Translations under genes and position numbers: made by a program
Notes under the pieces: model-generated
Told to the model about the DNA's origin: nothing
The model's input: only the letters and a program-made list of their open reading frames with translations
The model's database searches: none
In this document: in pieces, positions 20,487 through 30,428 of the stretch
Numbering within the stretch: the stretch's first letter is position 1
How the letters are laid out: the number at the start of each line of letters is the position of its first letter
NCBI GenBank assembly: GCA_002788675.1
Contig: PFRS01000005.1
Location: forward strand, 314,635 to 378,634
Direction: 5' to 3'
DNA length: 64,000 nt
Origin: Candidatus Pacebacteria bacterium CG_4_9_14_0_2_um_filter_40_15
Lineage (GTDB): Bacteria > Patescibacteriota > Microgenomatia > UBA1400 > PJMF01

Positions 20487-20833
20487 AGTGAATTTTTGTC
20501 TGAACTGTCTGGGTCGTTCTCATTTTTTAGACCGACATTTTCTAATTCAAGCTGGTGCACTTTTCTTGTTAGCTCAACCACTTCTTTTTTTTCTTCTGTA
20601 ATCTGTTTGTGTTGTCCCCTAATTTTAAGATTCGTAGAAATTGAATTTATAAAACTAATACAATATGATAAAACAGCACCAAGAAGAATGGAACCGATTA
20701 TCACGTAGTTTATAGGAAGATCGGGAAATACGTAATTCAAAAAAGTCAGCGTAATCACTTCAGTGTTTTGCATCGACAAAAAAGTAATACCTGCCCCTAA
20801 AATTAAAAGAAAAATAAATATTAGCATAGGCAC
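20483..20833 (-). CDS. LapA-like (DUF1049) inner-membrane protein
   Basis: Two TM helices are followed by a coiled coil (VELTRKVHQLELENVGLKNEN). It overlaps the Nudix gene by 4 nt. Confidence 0.45.
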   Translation of the reverse strand: MPMLIFIFLLILGAGITFLSMQNTEVITLTFLNYVFPDLPINYVIIGSILLGAVLSYCISFINSISTNLKIRGQHKQITEEKKEVVELTRKVHQLELENVGLKNENDPDSSDKNSL

Positions 20834-20840
20834 CTAGTTG

Positions 20841-21086
20841 TTATTTCTTACGAAGAATTCTGCCAATAAAGATAACAACAGCAGCTCCAAGTGTCGCTAC
20901 AAGTACACTGTAAAAATTAAAGCCTGTTACACCCGGTTGACCAAAGAAATTCATAACAAATCCGCCTACAAATGCACCAATAACGCCCAGAACTATGTCT
21001 TCAAGGGTGCTATTATTACTCTTCATAAACAAGCTTGCTAACCAGCCAGCAAGTGCTCCAAATATAATCCATAGTAGTATGTTCAT
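20841..21086 (-). CDS. GlsB/YeaQ/YmgE-family stress membrane protein
   Basis: MNILLWIIFGALAGWLASLFM...GVIGAFVGGFV... is the hallmark of the transglycosylase-associated family. Confidence 0.65.
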   Translation of the reverse strand: MNILLWIIFGALAGWLASLFMKSNNSTLEDIVLGVIGAFVGGFVMNFFGQPGVTGFNFYSVLVATLGAAVVIFIGRILRKK

Positions 21087-21126
21087 ACAATTCTCTTTCT
21101 GTAACATTTGTTACAAAGGTATACGC

Positions 21127-21522
21127 TTATAAAACAATTTCAGTCGTGCTCAGCTGTTGCAGCTTTTGGAGCAACTCTTCTTTTGAGTATGAGGATGTGG
21201 ATATCTTTTGGTTCTCAAAAGTTCTGAGCCCTTCAATAATTCTGCGAGCATAAATTGCTTCACTTTGGCGCAGATTTCTAATTTCAATTTCGTTCTCTTC
21301 ATAGGTTTTCGAAATAATAACCAGCTGTGAAAAAAAGAGTGAGGTATTGATAAGCACGTTTGAAATATTTCGTATATCAACGCTATACACTTGTGAAGTA
21401 AAAAGTTCTCTAGTAACAATATTGACTCTACCTTCTTCGATCACCAAGGTGTCTGGAAAGAGGTCGATGGGAAACGCGTGAGAGGAAATACTGTATAAAA
21501 TACGATTCGATTTTTTCACCAA
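21127..21522 (-). CDS. hypothetical protein
   Basis: A 131-aa ORF with no recognised motif. The overlapping 21150..21419 ORF is rejected. Confidence 0.3.
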   Translation of the reverse strand: MVKKSNRILYSISSHAFPIDLFPDTLVIEEGRVNIVTRELFTSQVYSVDIRNISNVLINTSLFFSQLVIISKTYEENEIEIRNLRQSEAIYARRIIEGLRTFENQKISTSSYSKEELLQKLQQLSTTEIVL

Positions 21523-21637
21523 ATTAGCAACAAGGATGTTATCAGCTATCTTTTTTTGTAAAATTTGGTCTGCTTTTGATGGTATTTTTTTTGGTATAGA
21601 TCCTTAGTAGAGTGATACGATGTTAGGTAGTAATTAA

Positions 21638-22042
21638 TTATTCTGTAGTGACATCACTTGGTGATATTGGATAGACAAGATCTAGCAATCGAACGAGACC
21701 CCATGCAGCGCAGAAATAAACAACACCTGCTATAAGCGTTGGCCATTCGAACACATAGTTTCCTGATACAAATATTCCTAAGATTCCTCTAAAGGGGAGT
21801 GCTAATGGATCTGTAATTCCATATATAAAACTGGTAAATGTCGAAGATTGATAGGCACCAATCATTTTTAGAACAACTCTAAATGCAAGTAGCACTTCGA
21901 ATATTCCTAGCACATACCAAATAACTTGATTAATTCTAAGAATAGTTTTTTTCTTTTCAAAGGTTTTTTGTGGAGATTGCCCTCTGGCAGGTTGTTGTGA
22001 TTTCTTAATTGTTACTTCTCGATTTGTAATTGATTCACTCAT
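21638..22042 (-). CDS. YggT/Ycf19-family membrane protein
   Basis: Two TM helices, with the conserved YGITDPLALPFRGILG block typical of YggT. Confidence 0.5.
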   Translation of the reverse strand: MSESITNREVTIKKSQQPARGQSPQKTFEKKKTILRINQVIWYVLGIFEVLLAFRVVLKMIGAYQSSTFTSFIYGITDPLALPFRGILGIFVSGNYVFEWPTLIAGVVYFCAAWGLVRLLDLVYPISPSDVTTE

Positions 22043-22250
22043 CTAAGATGGTTACTTTCTTGATTATCGTTTCTTTAGGAAGGTACTGCAATAAGGCTTT
22101 TTCAACTAAGGCCGTTAAGGTCATCTCCTCGAAAATTGCTTCGGCCTTGGCATGCTTTAATATCGCCTTATTTAAAAAAAGTGTCACTCTTTGAGTGTCA
22201 TTTGTTGCCATACTTGTAATAGTACAGGTATTTGAAGTAGTTGTCAACAT
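22035..22250 (-). CDS. small ribbon-helix-helix (CopG/antitoxin-like) protein
   Basis: RVTLFLNKAILKHAKAEA...MTLTALVEKALLQYL has the beta-alpha-alpha pattern of an RHH. Confidence 0.3.
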   Translation of the reverse strand: MLTTTSNTCTITSMATNDTQRVTLFLNKAILKHAKAEAIFEEMTLTALVEKALLQYLPKETIIKKVTILDE

Positions 22251-22341
22251 GACACCACTTCAGAGACATGGCAATTAACTAACAACTCATTTTTTAAAAA
22301 AAAACCAGATACACACCGTTATAGTAAGAACAGCTACATAC

Positions 22342-22719
22342 TTGTATACTGGCAGTATGCAAGAACAAGAGAGACAACCCTCACTACCATTTTTCATGAC
22401 TGAACCTATTGCTGCTCAACAAGCTAAACAAGACCTACTAACAGTGGCTGCTCAGCAAAATGAAACTCAAATTATTGAAGCAGCCACAAGATTTGTAACT
22501 GAACTACAAGCTGAGGCAGAACAAAAATGGCCATCTGCATCAGAAAGAGACGTTTGGTTTTTCTACCAGTTAACTAAAACATACATACAAGCAGGCTTAT
22601 GGGATGCAGCTGTTGAAGCTGTTAATGATTTGCAAATGCTTGCTGCTAATACCACTCTCGGCCCAGCAGATTATAATTCTTTGGAAGATTTTATCATGCA
22701 GAAAACCACGGAAGTGTAA
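22342..22719 (+). CDS. hypothetical protein
   Basis: A 125-aa acidic, helical protein with no motif. Confidence 0.3.
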   Translation: MYTGSMQEQERQPSLPFFMTEPIAAQQAKQDLLTVAAQQNETQIIEAATRFVTELQAEAEQKWPSASERDVWFFYQLTKTYIQAGLWDAAVEAVNDLQMLAANTTLGPADYNSLEDFIMQKTTEV

Positions 22720-22724
22720 AAAAA

Positions 22725-22750
22725 AGACCTTCTTGTTACCAAGAAGGTCT
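22725..22750. terminator. bidirectional rho-independent terminator
   Basis: The perfect hairpin agaccttcttg-ttac-caagaaggtct is flanked by an A-run on the left and a T/C-rich run on the right, between convergent genes. Confidence 0.55.
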
Positions 22751-22776
22751 TCTGGTCAAAGTTTGGTAAAATGGCG

Positions 22777-23106
22777 CTAACGAGTCAATAGACCCTCAGC
22801 ACCACCCCACTTTCCTTTAACCCTTTGCCACCAGCATTCTACTGACTGGTCTTGATATGCCAATTTCTGCATAGTGGCTAATATTTCGGCCTGAGCAAAA
22901 ACAACCTTTTGTTGTAATTTGTCCTCATTATCTGTGACCCACCCGGTCACACAAAAAGTCGAGAGTCCTGAGTTTTTACCAAGGACTTTTGTCTCAAAGA
23001 CAACTTCCATACCAAAGGCTTTAGCTGCTTCGGCCTGAACAGCTAGTGCGATTTGATCGGCCTGAGCCGCACAACCACGCTTGTACCGCAACACAAATTC
23101 GGGCAT
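22777..23106 (-). CDS. hypothetical protein (possible tautomerase-superfamily, Pro1 N-terminus)
   Basis: 109 aa starting MPEFVL. There is no firm motif. Confidence 0.3.
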   Translation of the reverse strand: MPEFVLRYKRGCAAQADQIALAVQAEAAKAFGMEVVFETKVLGKNSGLSTFCVTGWVTDNEDKLQQKVVFAQAEILATMQKLAYQDQSVECWWQRVKGKWGGAEGLLTR

Positions 23107-23210
23107 AGTTTCACCTCCAAAGTGAAAAAATTTATGCGGATAAACTTGAGAGATTATATCAATAATATTGATAATTGCAAATACTATGGGTTTTTTTGAT
23201 AAAATTTTTT

Positions 23211-24191
23211 TTAACCAATAACATTAAAAAGTAATCCAATTATTACAATCCCCACAATCGTAATTCCAAAAAATACTGCAAGTAACTGAAAACGCATAAC
23301 CTTTTTAAGGATCAGCGCTTCAGGAATAGAGAGAGTAACCGTAGCCGTCATAAACGCTAACGCGGTTCCTAGTGGAATACCCTTTCCCACTAATGCCTCA
23401 ACAATAGGAATAACCGAAACAGAGTTAGCGTACAGTGGCACACCTAGCAAGACTGCAACTGGAACGCTCCACCAAGTGTTCATACCTAGATACTGTTCAA
23501 TCAGCGTCTGCGGAACATACCCATGAATGATAGCTCCTAAGGCAACTCCTAAAATAATGTAGGGGTACACTTTTTTTGTAATTCCCCAACCATCCTGCCA
23601 CCACAGTTTAATTTTTTGCGATAATTTTAGTTCTTCTCCTTCATTTTCTACTAACATTTGTGCGTTATTCTTGAACTTCAATACTGCGGGGTCTACATAT
23701 TTTTCCATCTTCAACTTTTCAATGAGCATTCCACCTACAATACTTACTACAATTCCCACCAAGTTATACAGGATAGTCATTTTTAAGCCAAAAATTGCAG
23801 GAAATAAAAATAAAGAAGCCTCATTCACCAATGGTGAACTAATCAAGAAGGTAAACGTAACACCCATAGGAATTCCAGCTGAGAGAAACCCAATAAATAA
23901 CGGAATCGACGAGCAAGAACAGAAAGGAGTAACGACTCCTAGCAAAGCTGCAAATAGGTAATCAATGCCGTACCAACGTCTTTTTGTAAGTAAGTCTCGA
24001 ACTTTTTCTATGGGAAAGTAGTAGCGGGTGATTGCCATCAAGTAATTAATGGCTACTAACAGAATGCCAATTTTTAGTACATCATAAATAAAAAAATTAC
24101 TCGCATTCCCCAAGTAACTATCTGGAGCAATTTTAAGCCAATTAAAAGTAACAGTATCGGCAAAAACCTGAATTGGACTAAATATGTCCAT
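23211..24191 (-). CDS. DUF318/ArsP-family permease
   Basis: A polytopic membrane protein with the conserved CSCSSIPLF motif (TPFCSCSSIPLFIGF) that marks this permease family. Confidence 0.6.
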   Translation of the reverse strand: MDIFSPIQVFADTVTFNWLKIAPDSYLGNASNFFIYDVLKIGILLVAINYLMAITRYYFPIEKVRDLLTKRRWYGIDYLFAALLGVVTPFCSCSSIPLFIGFLSAGIPMGVTFTFLISSPLVNEASLFLFPAIFGLKMTILYNLVGIVVSIVGGMLIEKLKMEKYVDPAVLKFKNNAQMLVENEGEELKLSQKIKLWWQDGWGITKKVYPYIILGVALGAIIHGYVPQTLIEQYLGMNTWWSVPVAVLLGVPLYANSVSVIPIVEALVGKGIPLGTALAFMTATVTLSIPEALILKKVMRFQLLAVFFGITIVGIVIIGLLFNVIG

Positions 24192-24426
24192 AGATTTTTT
24201 CCTTGACTATATCTTTATTAGCGTTGAAACCCACCATAACTACTTTGCCATCGACTACCAAAATTGGACTACTCATTGCCCCCATGCTGATAATTTTTTG
24301 TATTCCCTCTGGACCTGACAGATACTCGACCTCGTCATCTGAATGTAATTCAAAAACAATAGTCTTAACCATCTGATGTAACTTCTGACAGGTATGACAC
24401 CCTGAACCAACAACTTGAATTTTCAA
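24178..24426 (-). CDS. thioredoxin-fold small redox-active disulfide protein
   Basis: 82 aa with the CxxC motif GSGCHTCQKL in a Trx-fold context. It overlaps the permease by 14 nt. Confidence 0.55.
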   Translation of the reverse strand: MKIQVVGSGCHTCQKLHQMVKTIVFELHSDDEVEYLSGPEGIQKIISMGAMSSPILVVDGKVVMVGFNANKDIVKEKIYGHI

Positions 24427-24437
24427 ACTATTTCTTT

Positions 24438-24746
24438 CTAAATACTAAATACTTGTGCAACTATTTGCTTGCCGTTTTGAGTAAGGGAATAATGCACGTT
24501 TAATCCTGATTTTTTTCCTATAATGAGGCCTGCTTTTCGCAGATCTGCTAGGTGATGAGATAGTAAACTTTGTGATAATTGAATATGTTCAGAAAACTCA
24601 CACACACAGTGCGAGCCACTGCTTAGGATACATAAGATTTTTAGCCTGTTTGGCTCGGCGACTAATTTTAGGAGAGATGTTATCTTTTCAATATGCTCAA
24701 ACTTTGAGTCACTTGACTGGCAGCAACTATATGAAATCATATTCAT
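24438..24746 (-). CDS. ArsR/SmtB-family transcriptional repressor
   Basis: The wHTH PNRLKILCILSSGSHCVCEFSEHIQLSQSLLSHHLADLRKAGLI includes a CVC metal/metalloid-sensing site in helix 3. Confidence 0.75.
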   Translation of the reverse strand: MNMISYSCCQSSDSKFEHIEKITSLLKLVAEPNRLKILCILSSGSHCVCEFSEHIQLSQSLLSHHLADLRKAGLIIGKKSGLNVHYSLTQNGKQIVAQVFSI

Positions 24747-24803
24747 ATACTATCATTATTTCTATGAAATTAAAGCATACAAAGTCATTTGAAGTTTCAA
24801 CAA

Positions 24804-25247
24804 TTACAATAAGTTAAACAATTCATCAATAGTCCATATACCAGTAGGAACATCCTTCTCCAGAACTATTCGACCTTCTTTTAGAGCAGTATTAATATCA
24901 CCCCAATTTATCTCTAAGCTACCAAAGGAATCATCACCCTCACTATCCATCGTCCAAGCAGTGCCATCAAATGAAACATTCCATTTAGCAAACAAATCTC
25001 TAAGTTGTTGAAGTTGATCTTCATCAACCATCACATCGTATATAGTTTCAGAATAATCTAACTCATCACCATAAGCATCTGTGATAGCAATAAGATTTCC
25101 AGTCATGTCATCAATCTTAGCATTTAACTGAAGTATTTTCCCTGGGATGAGTTCAAAATCAATTCTTTTTTTTGAAATTGTTTCGTTTCCCGCCAAATCT
25201 TCTTGCATTCTTAGTCTCCTCTGTTTTTTATTACTTTTTACAGTCAA
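24804..25247 (-). CDS. hypothetical acidic protein
   Basis: 147 aa with no motif. Confidence 0.3.
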   Translation of the reverse strand: MTVKSNKKQRRLRMQEDLAGNETISKKRIDFELIPGKILQLNAKIDDMTGNLIAITDAYGDELDYSETIYDVMVDEDQLQQLRDLFAKWNVSFDGTAWTMDSEGDDSFGSLEINWGDINTALKEGRIVLEKDVPTGIWTIDELFNLL

Positions 25248-25249
25248 TG

Positions 25250-25873
25250 TTATTGGCCGTCTTTAAACTGCTCCATCATTTTTTGCAACTGCTCTTGGTC
25301 TCCAACATTCATTTCCTGTTTTTGCTGTGTGAAGGCGCTCAAATCAGTGAATGTTACATCTGCTGGAGGGGTGAAGACAGCATCATCAACAGATGTTACT
25401 TCACACACAATTGTGTACCCTTGGTTCTGATATTGATCCCAAGCATCCTTGCTGGAAAAGTCGGGAGCTTCTTGTTCTGGAGCATCTGCCTCATCAGCCA
25501 TATTTTCAGGTGCATTTACCGCAAATTTCATCCCTTTTTTTGTATCTTCACTCCAAGAGTAACCATACTCTCCATCGGATATGAACGAACCATTTGTAGT
25601 AGTAGCATCATCAGAGCTAACCGTCTCAAAACGAACTTTTTGTTCTTTCATGAAGTATCTACTTGAAATACCGTTTTCTGTATCTGTCATTTCGCAGCTT
25701 ACAGCTTGCCCATTTTCTAGTGCTTTACCAACTTTTTGCCACTCAGAAATACTTTCTTCAACGGGTTGATCAGCAGAGATTACTGCCTTTTCTGTTGGCT
25801 GTTCTTTGGTGGTGCAACCTGCAATGCCAACTGCGCTCATTAGTACTAGTGCTAAAAAGATACTTTTTTTCAT
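25250..25873 (-). CDS. hypothetical lipoprotein
   Basis: A signal peptide with the lipobox GIAGC follows MKKSIFLALVLMSAV. Confidence 0.45.
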   Translation of the reverse strand: MKKSIFLALVLMSAVGIAGCTTKEQPTEKAVISADQPVEESISEWQKVGKALENGQAVSCEMTDTENGISSRYFMKEQKVRFETVSSDDATTTNGSFISDGEYGYSWSEDTKKGMKFAVNAPENMADEADAPEQEAPDFSSKDAWDQYQNQGYTIVCEVTSVDDAVFTPPADVTFTDLSAFTQQKQEMNVGDQEQLQKMMEQFKDGQ

Positions 25874-25884
25874 ATGTCTCCTTA

Positions 25885-26466
25885 CTAAGCAGTATACATA
25901 ACTACATGCTCAAATTCATTAAGAACTAAAACCGGCAAATCAGATCTTTCATGCAGTAGCTTTAGTTTTATTTCTTTATGATCTTCTTTATCCCAATGAC
26001 ACAACGCTTGAATGGGCAGTAGTCCCAAGCCATCGTGCACTGTCTTTGAATCTTGGCTATCAAAGGATAATACATAGTGCTCAGCTGCAAAAAACATTCC
26101 CATTGAACTACCTGCAAAAACTTTTCCAACTAGCTTTTCCTTAATCGGGGCTAAATCAACATAGAGCGGCTCAATGTACTCAGCTTCCCCTCCAGCTATG
26201 TAGAGAACATCTGATCTGTCCAATTTGCTAAGTAAGTCTTCAGGAGTTTGCGCAACAAGAATCGTGACCTCTTTACTTGAATGTTTTACGATACTTTCAG
26301 AATCTCTTTGCACAAGTGCATCCCACTCGCCTTTTTCTCGAGAAAAATAACACAGAAGAACGGTTACCCTTTTACTAGCAACAAGTTGAGTGAACTGAGC
26401 AAAAAACGCATTGTTTTGTGCGTTTTGTGTTGAAGTCTTACCACCATGTAAAAGGTATGTAGTCAT
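25885..26466 (-). CDS. peptidase S51/type-1 glutamine amidotransferase-like protein (tentative)
   Basis: It has a flavodoxin-like layout (LYIAGGEAEY) and a GxSxG-like nucleophile elbow (FAGSSMGMFF). The assignment is weak. Confidence 0.3.
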   Translation of the reverse strand: MTTYLLHGGKTSTQNAQNNAFFAQFTQLVASKRVTVLLCYFSREKGEWDALVQRDSESIVKHSSKEVTILVAQTPEDLLSKLDRSDVLYIAGGEAEYIEPLYVDLAPIKEKLVGKVFAGSSMGMFFAAEHYVLSFDSQDSKTVHDGLGLLPIQALCHWDKEDHKEIKLKLLHERSDLPVLVLNEFEHVVMYTA

Positions 26467-26515
26467 ACTGTGAGTATATCAGATGAACTATTATCAGCTT
26501 GATCCCAGTAGAGTC

Positions 26516-26806
26516 TTAGTAATCTAGCTCAGGATCATCAGTTGGCTTACTGCCCCAGCGCCATTTGGGAGGAGGACCCATTTTGTATGATGTACCCACT
26601 AAAACACTTACTGAAATGATTGTGAGTAGTATAAAATTTCTTACTTCAGGTGTCAGGGTATTATTTTCAACATCTTTCAAGAATATCAAGCCATAAAAGA
26701 TTGGCAACATACATACTATAACTGTTACATGACCCTGCCAGGAACTCGGCATCCAACCATACCCATAGCGTCGTCTTTTAAACCAATATCTTTGCTTTTT
26801 TATCAT
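26516..26806 (-). CDS. hypothetical small membrane protein
   Basis: 96 aa with two TM segments. Confidence 0.3.
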   Translation of the reverse strand: MIKKQRYWFKRRRYGYGWMPSSWQGHVTVIVCMLPIFYGLIFLKDVENNTLTPEVRNFILLTIISVSVLVGTSYKMGPPPKWRWGSKPTDDPELDY

Positions 26807-26813
26807 TTCTTAA

Positions 26814-27299
26814 CTAATTTTCAATTTCGTATATATCAATTTCAGATTTTTCCTCCGATGAAAAACGGATAACTGCAGTTTTCTTAAACCCAAATGAAGT
26901 TCTTTCTACTTTTATGTTTTTAGGCTGAGCATCTGATTTTTTTACATCCTTAAAAAGTTCTTCGAACTCGGCAGTCAGTCTAGCTAAAAATCTGGGTTTG
27001 GTATCACCACCTGGCATTAATTGATATCCCACTTCCTGAATTTGCCCTAACATTTCATCAGTAAGAAACGTCTTCGCACCAGAGTTAGATGGAATATGGA
27101 CAATCATCATAAGAAATGAATTATCTGCTTTGCTTTTACCCCAAATAGGCACCGCAATACAATCAATAATTTCTTTTGTTGATACTCCCTCATATCTTTC
27201 ATCAGCTGCAAACACTATCTCCACTCCACCTGCTCTTGAAACTTCCTTAGTTTTTTCCAAAGCTATAGCCATATGTTCATATCTTGAAACTGTTTCCAT
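26814..27299 (-). CDS. hypothetical protein
   Basis: 161 aa with no motif. Confidence 0.3.
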   Translation of the reverse strand: METVSRYEHMAIALEKTKEVSRAGGVEIVFAADERYEGVSTKEIIDCIAVPIWGKSKADNSFLMMIVHIPSNSGAKTFLTDEMLGQIQEVGYQLMPGGDTKPRFLARLTAEFEELFKDVKKSDAQPKNIKVERTSFGFKKTAVIRFSSEEKSEIDIYEIEN

Positions 27300-27501
27300 A
27301 GAATCGTTCTATCCTGTTTTATTTGTAGTGCCCATTTGACGAGCATTCTGTAACACATCATCGTCTGACACAGGGCTTTGGCTAGATCCTACCGTAGAAT
27401 CTACGCTCATTTGGTGTCTCAATCAAGGTGTTAAATAGAGTATTATCTGTAGACATTGTAATCAGAATTGCACCAGGTTCCATGTTCCCATATGTGTGTT
27501 T

Positions 27502-28302
27502 TTATATTGGATCAGGCTCAAATTCCCCACCCATTCCGGAACATTGCATGTTTGAATATTCTTTTGTACGTATATTCAAGTCCATCTCACAACCAGCCTC
27601 CTGGTGAAAACCAGTAAGTACCTTACAATCTTCATCAGTGCATTGTATTGCCCCGACTATACCGACATTAAATCTAGGCAAGTCGATAGACTCTAAATAG
27701 AAGAAGTGACTGAGTGCCTCAGTAACATTTCCCTCTTTTTTTTCTACCTGATAACGATACCTGTCAATTTTATTCGTTTGACCATTCACTACCCAAACTT
27801 CATTACCAACTATTTCAAAAAGGCGATCCTCAGCATAAATTGGACTTGAAACAGAAAAAATGTGAGGGCGAAACTCACCTGCATCCAACTCAAGAGCAAA
27901 TACACCACTATTTGAATCCTCTGATAAATAATCACTCAACCTAAAAGCTCTTATTTTTCCACCATCGATATCTTTTTCCAGTAACAACCTTTGTTCGTCT
28001 TCTTTTTCAGCTTCACGATTCTGGGGTGACACTACGGGTGTTGCTAAAGGTGTCATATTAGGTAACACCACCATTTGTTGGCTTTGTTCTTGTGATGCTG
28101 TAAAAGTACTTAAAAAATAACCACCAACTACACCTATCACTAAAGTCAGAGCTATCAGAAATACTGGTACTGCTCTACTTGAAGGATAATTTTTGGATGC
28201 ATGCAGACCTAAATCCGATAGTTCTTCAGAAACGGGTAGTTGGGAATTTGTATGCATATTCATGAGTGTAACAAAAATGAATGTAGAAAAACACCAGAAC
28301 AT
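27502..28302 (-). CDS. hypothetical membrane-anchored protein
   Basis: A single TM helix (VFLIALTLVIGVVGGYFLSTF) is followed by an extracytoplasmic domain with a C-terminal Cys pair. Confidence 0.35.
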   Translation of the reverse strand: MFWCFSTFIFVTLMNMHTNSQLPVSEELSDLGLHASKNYPSSRAVPVFLIALTLVIGVVGGYFLSTFTASQEQSQQMVVLPNMTPLATPVVSPQNREAEKEDEQRLLLEKDIDGGKIRAFRLSDYLSEDSNSGVFALELDAGEFRPHIFSVSSPIYAEDRLFEIVGNEVWVVNGQTNKIDRYRYQVEKKEGNVTEALSHFFYLESIDLPRFNVGIVGAIQCTDEDCKVLTGFHQEAGCEMDLNIRTKEYSNMQCSGMGGEFEPDPI

Positions 28303-28356
28303 ACGCTCAGAAATTAGAACGAGTCTAGAAACTATTTCAAAATAAAACTAAAAAAA

Positions 28357-28578
28357 TTAGTAAGCTTTTGTCGCGCCGTCTGCAATTGCTTTTTCAGCAT
28401 TTGCTTTAGACATCATTGCACAAACTGTTGTTCCACACGTGTGCTTTCCTTTAGCCATGAAACCACCTTTTGCAGTTTGGTGAATAGCTGGTGCTGACAA
28501 TTCAACGCCTTTTTCTTTACATTTAACGCAGTATCCTGTGACCATGACTGTCTCCCTATAAATTATATCTTGGTACAT
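28357..28578 (-). CDS. small Cys-rich (zinc-ribbon-like) protein
   Basis: It has a CVKCK...HTCGTTVC arrangement of four cysteines. The start is probably at MVTGYC. Confidence 0.35.
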   Translation of the reverse strand: MYQDIIYRETVMVTGYCVKCKEKGVELSAPAIHQTAKGGFMAKGKHTCGTTVCAMMSKANAEKAIADGATKAY

Positions 28579-28702
28579 TGTACAGCCATTTTATGATGAT
28601 GCATACCTTAAAGATAAAAGCAGACCAATCTACTGTTTTTTTCGGTGGCAAATTCAAAATTTTGTATCAGAAAATATAAAACGTAAGCTCATAATTCGCA
28701 TC

Positions 28703-29155
28703 TTACAAATAATCATCGATCTTAATTTTCTTTTGCTGCATCAATATCTGAAATGAGTTTGGTCTCTGCATGAGTTCTTCTATATTTTCAGGAACAATTT
28801 GCCAACTCAAACCGTATGTATCTTTACACCAACCACACTGCTCAGAATCAGGATGTGCAGAAAGTTTACTCCAATAGTAATCTATCTCTGATTGGTCTTT
28901 ACAAAACACAGCAAAAGATACCGCTTCAGTAAATTTGAATTCGTCACCTGCATTTATAGCGGTAAAGGCCTGACCATTTAATTCAAAATCGATTGTTAAC
29001 ACCTTACCCGCAAATTCCTTTTGAAAATCTGCTAGGCCTTCTTCAGGATAGTAAACAGTACTAATAACTTTACTATCCTTAAAAACTGATGTGTAAAATT
29101 CTACGGCTTCTTGAGCATTTCTTGAAAACCACAAGTTGGGAATAATTTTTTTCAT
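28703..29155 (-). CDS. VOC-superfamily protein, PhnB/3-demethylubiquinone-9 3-methyltransferase-like domain
   Basis: The N-terminus IIPNLWFSRNAQEAVEFYTSVF is characteristic of the PhnB-like family, and the length is about 150 aa. Confidence 0.6.
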   Translation of the reverse strand: MKKIIPNLWFSRNAQEAVEFYTSVFKDSKVISTVYYPEEGLADFQKEFAGKVLTIDFELNGQAFTAINAGDEFKFTEAVSFAVFCKDQSEIDYYWSKLSAHPDSEQCGWCKDTYGLSWQIVPENIEELMQRPNSFQILMQQKKIKIDDYL

Positions 29156-29177
29156 ACTTTTAACCCTTTCAATGGAT

Positions 29178-29528
29178 TTATTTTCTTAAAATTTTTTCAA
29201 TTGTTTTACCTTTTGCCAACTCATCTATCAACTTATCCAAGAAACGGATCTCTTTCATTAGTGGTTCTTTAATTTCTTGTATTTTTACACCACATATACT
29301 ACCTGTAATCAAAAACCTAGAAGGATTTAATTTTGTTGCTTGTTTAAAAAAAGTCTCGAAGTCTGTTTGTTTTTTTATGTGAGCATCCAGATCATGTTGA
29401 GAGTAACCTGTTAACCAGGTAATAATCTCATCTACTTCTGATTTAGTTCTTCCTTTTTTCTCAACTTTTGCAATATAAAGTGGATACACACTGGCAAAAC
29501 TCATTGTATAAATTCTTTGTGAAGTCAT
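29178..29528 (-). CDS. DUF2200-family protein
   Basis: [39 protein letters not shown] matches my recollection of the DUF2200 family consensus. Confidence 0.5.
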   Translation of the reverse strand: MTSQRIYTMSFASVYPLYIAKVEKKGRTKSEVDEIITWLTGYSQHDLDAHIKKQTDFETFFKQATKLNPSRFLITGSICGVKIQEIKEPLMKEIRFLDKLIDELAKGKTIEKILRK

Positions 29529-29588
29529 AGTATGGTATATCCTTTTTTTGAATTATCAGTTTATAAATAGTTATTCGGCTAGAGCTAT

Positions 29589-29969
29589 TTATGCTTCAAC
29601 TTCAACAACAAAACCACCATATGCCATTTTTTTCATATCAAATGGCATTTGAAAATCTTTGTATTCTGAGGCATTTTCACCCATCTCTTCCATGACTTTA
29701 GCATTAACTTGATCCCGATGTTCTTTTGACTTAAACACTATAAATGAAAACCAAACCGATTCACTGTTTTTTGCGCCTGCCATTTCTGTAAATGAGCGTG
29801 ATTTTTCCTCACCCATTTCTTGTGCAGCCATGTCATCTCCACGACACTCATAATATTCTAATGCACCATGCTTCATCCAGGAATCTCTGCCATCTTCGGC
29901 CATTTTTTTATATTCTTCAGATTTGTCTTTTGGGACTACTAATACGAATCCATCAATATATTTTGACAT
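29589..29969 (-). CDS. DUF1428-family protein
   Basis: YIDGFVLVVPKDKSEEYKKMAE...GALEYYEC at the N-terminus and a C-terminal YGGF are typical of DUF1428. Confidence 0.55.
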   Translation of the reverse strand: MSKYIDGFVLVVPKDKSEEYKKMAEDGRDSWMKHGALEYYECRGDDMAAQEMGEEKSRSFTEMAGAKNSESVWFSFIVFKSKEHRDQVNAKVMEEMGENASEYKDFQMPFDMKKMAYGGFVVEVEA

Positions 29970-30146
29970 ATTTGCCTTCCGAATAGTTTACTTTTATGAA
30001 AGTATATCAGAAGTTTAAGCGTCCACTGCGTGGTATTACACCTACTTGAAGAAAAAAGTATTGCTGAGTATCTGGAACAATTGTGGTATTATTGGCTCAC
30101 AGCTATAGAGGAAATTAGAAACTGTTTTACCTGAAAAAATTGAAAA

Positions 30147-30428
30147 CTATGATTTGTTTTTCCCAGTGAGAATAAGTGTGTCTGAGGCGTCGTTGTGAAC
30201 TTTTCCACTACCGACATGTTTACTGCTGATTTTTGAACCGTTCTTAATGACATGAAACAATGCCATGCCATGTCCACGACCCAGCTCATACTCATCTTTT
30301 AGCCAAGTAAGTACTTCGCTTGCTTTAGTACTTTTACCAAAACCTTTCAGTTTAGCTTCATCTAAAAGCTGTTGTGGAGTTTTACCTGTTTTTTCTTCAA
30401 TTTTATCTAGGTATGCTTGAAACGACAT
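30147..30428 (-). CDS. DUF4287-family protein
   Basis: MSFQAYLDKIEEKTGKTPQQLLDEAKLKG is the recognisable DUF4287 N-terminus. Confidence 0.5.
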   Translation of the reverse strand: MSFQAYLDKIEEKTGKTPQQLLDEAKLKGFGKSTKASEVLTWLKDEYELGRGHGMALFHVIKNGSKISSKHVGSGKVHNDASDTLILTGKNKS

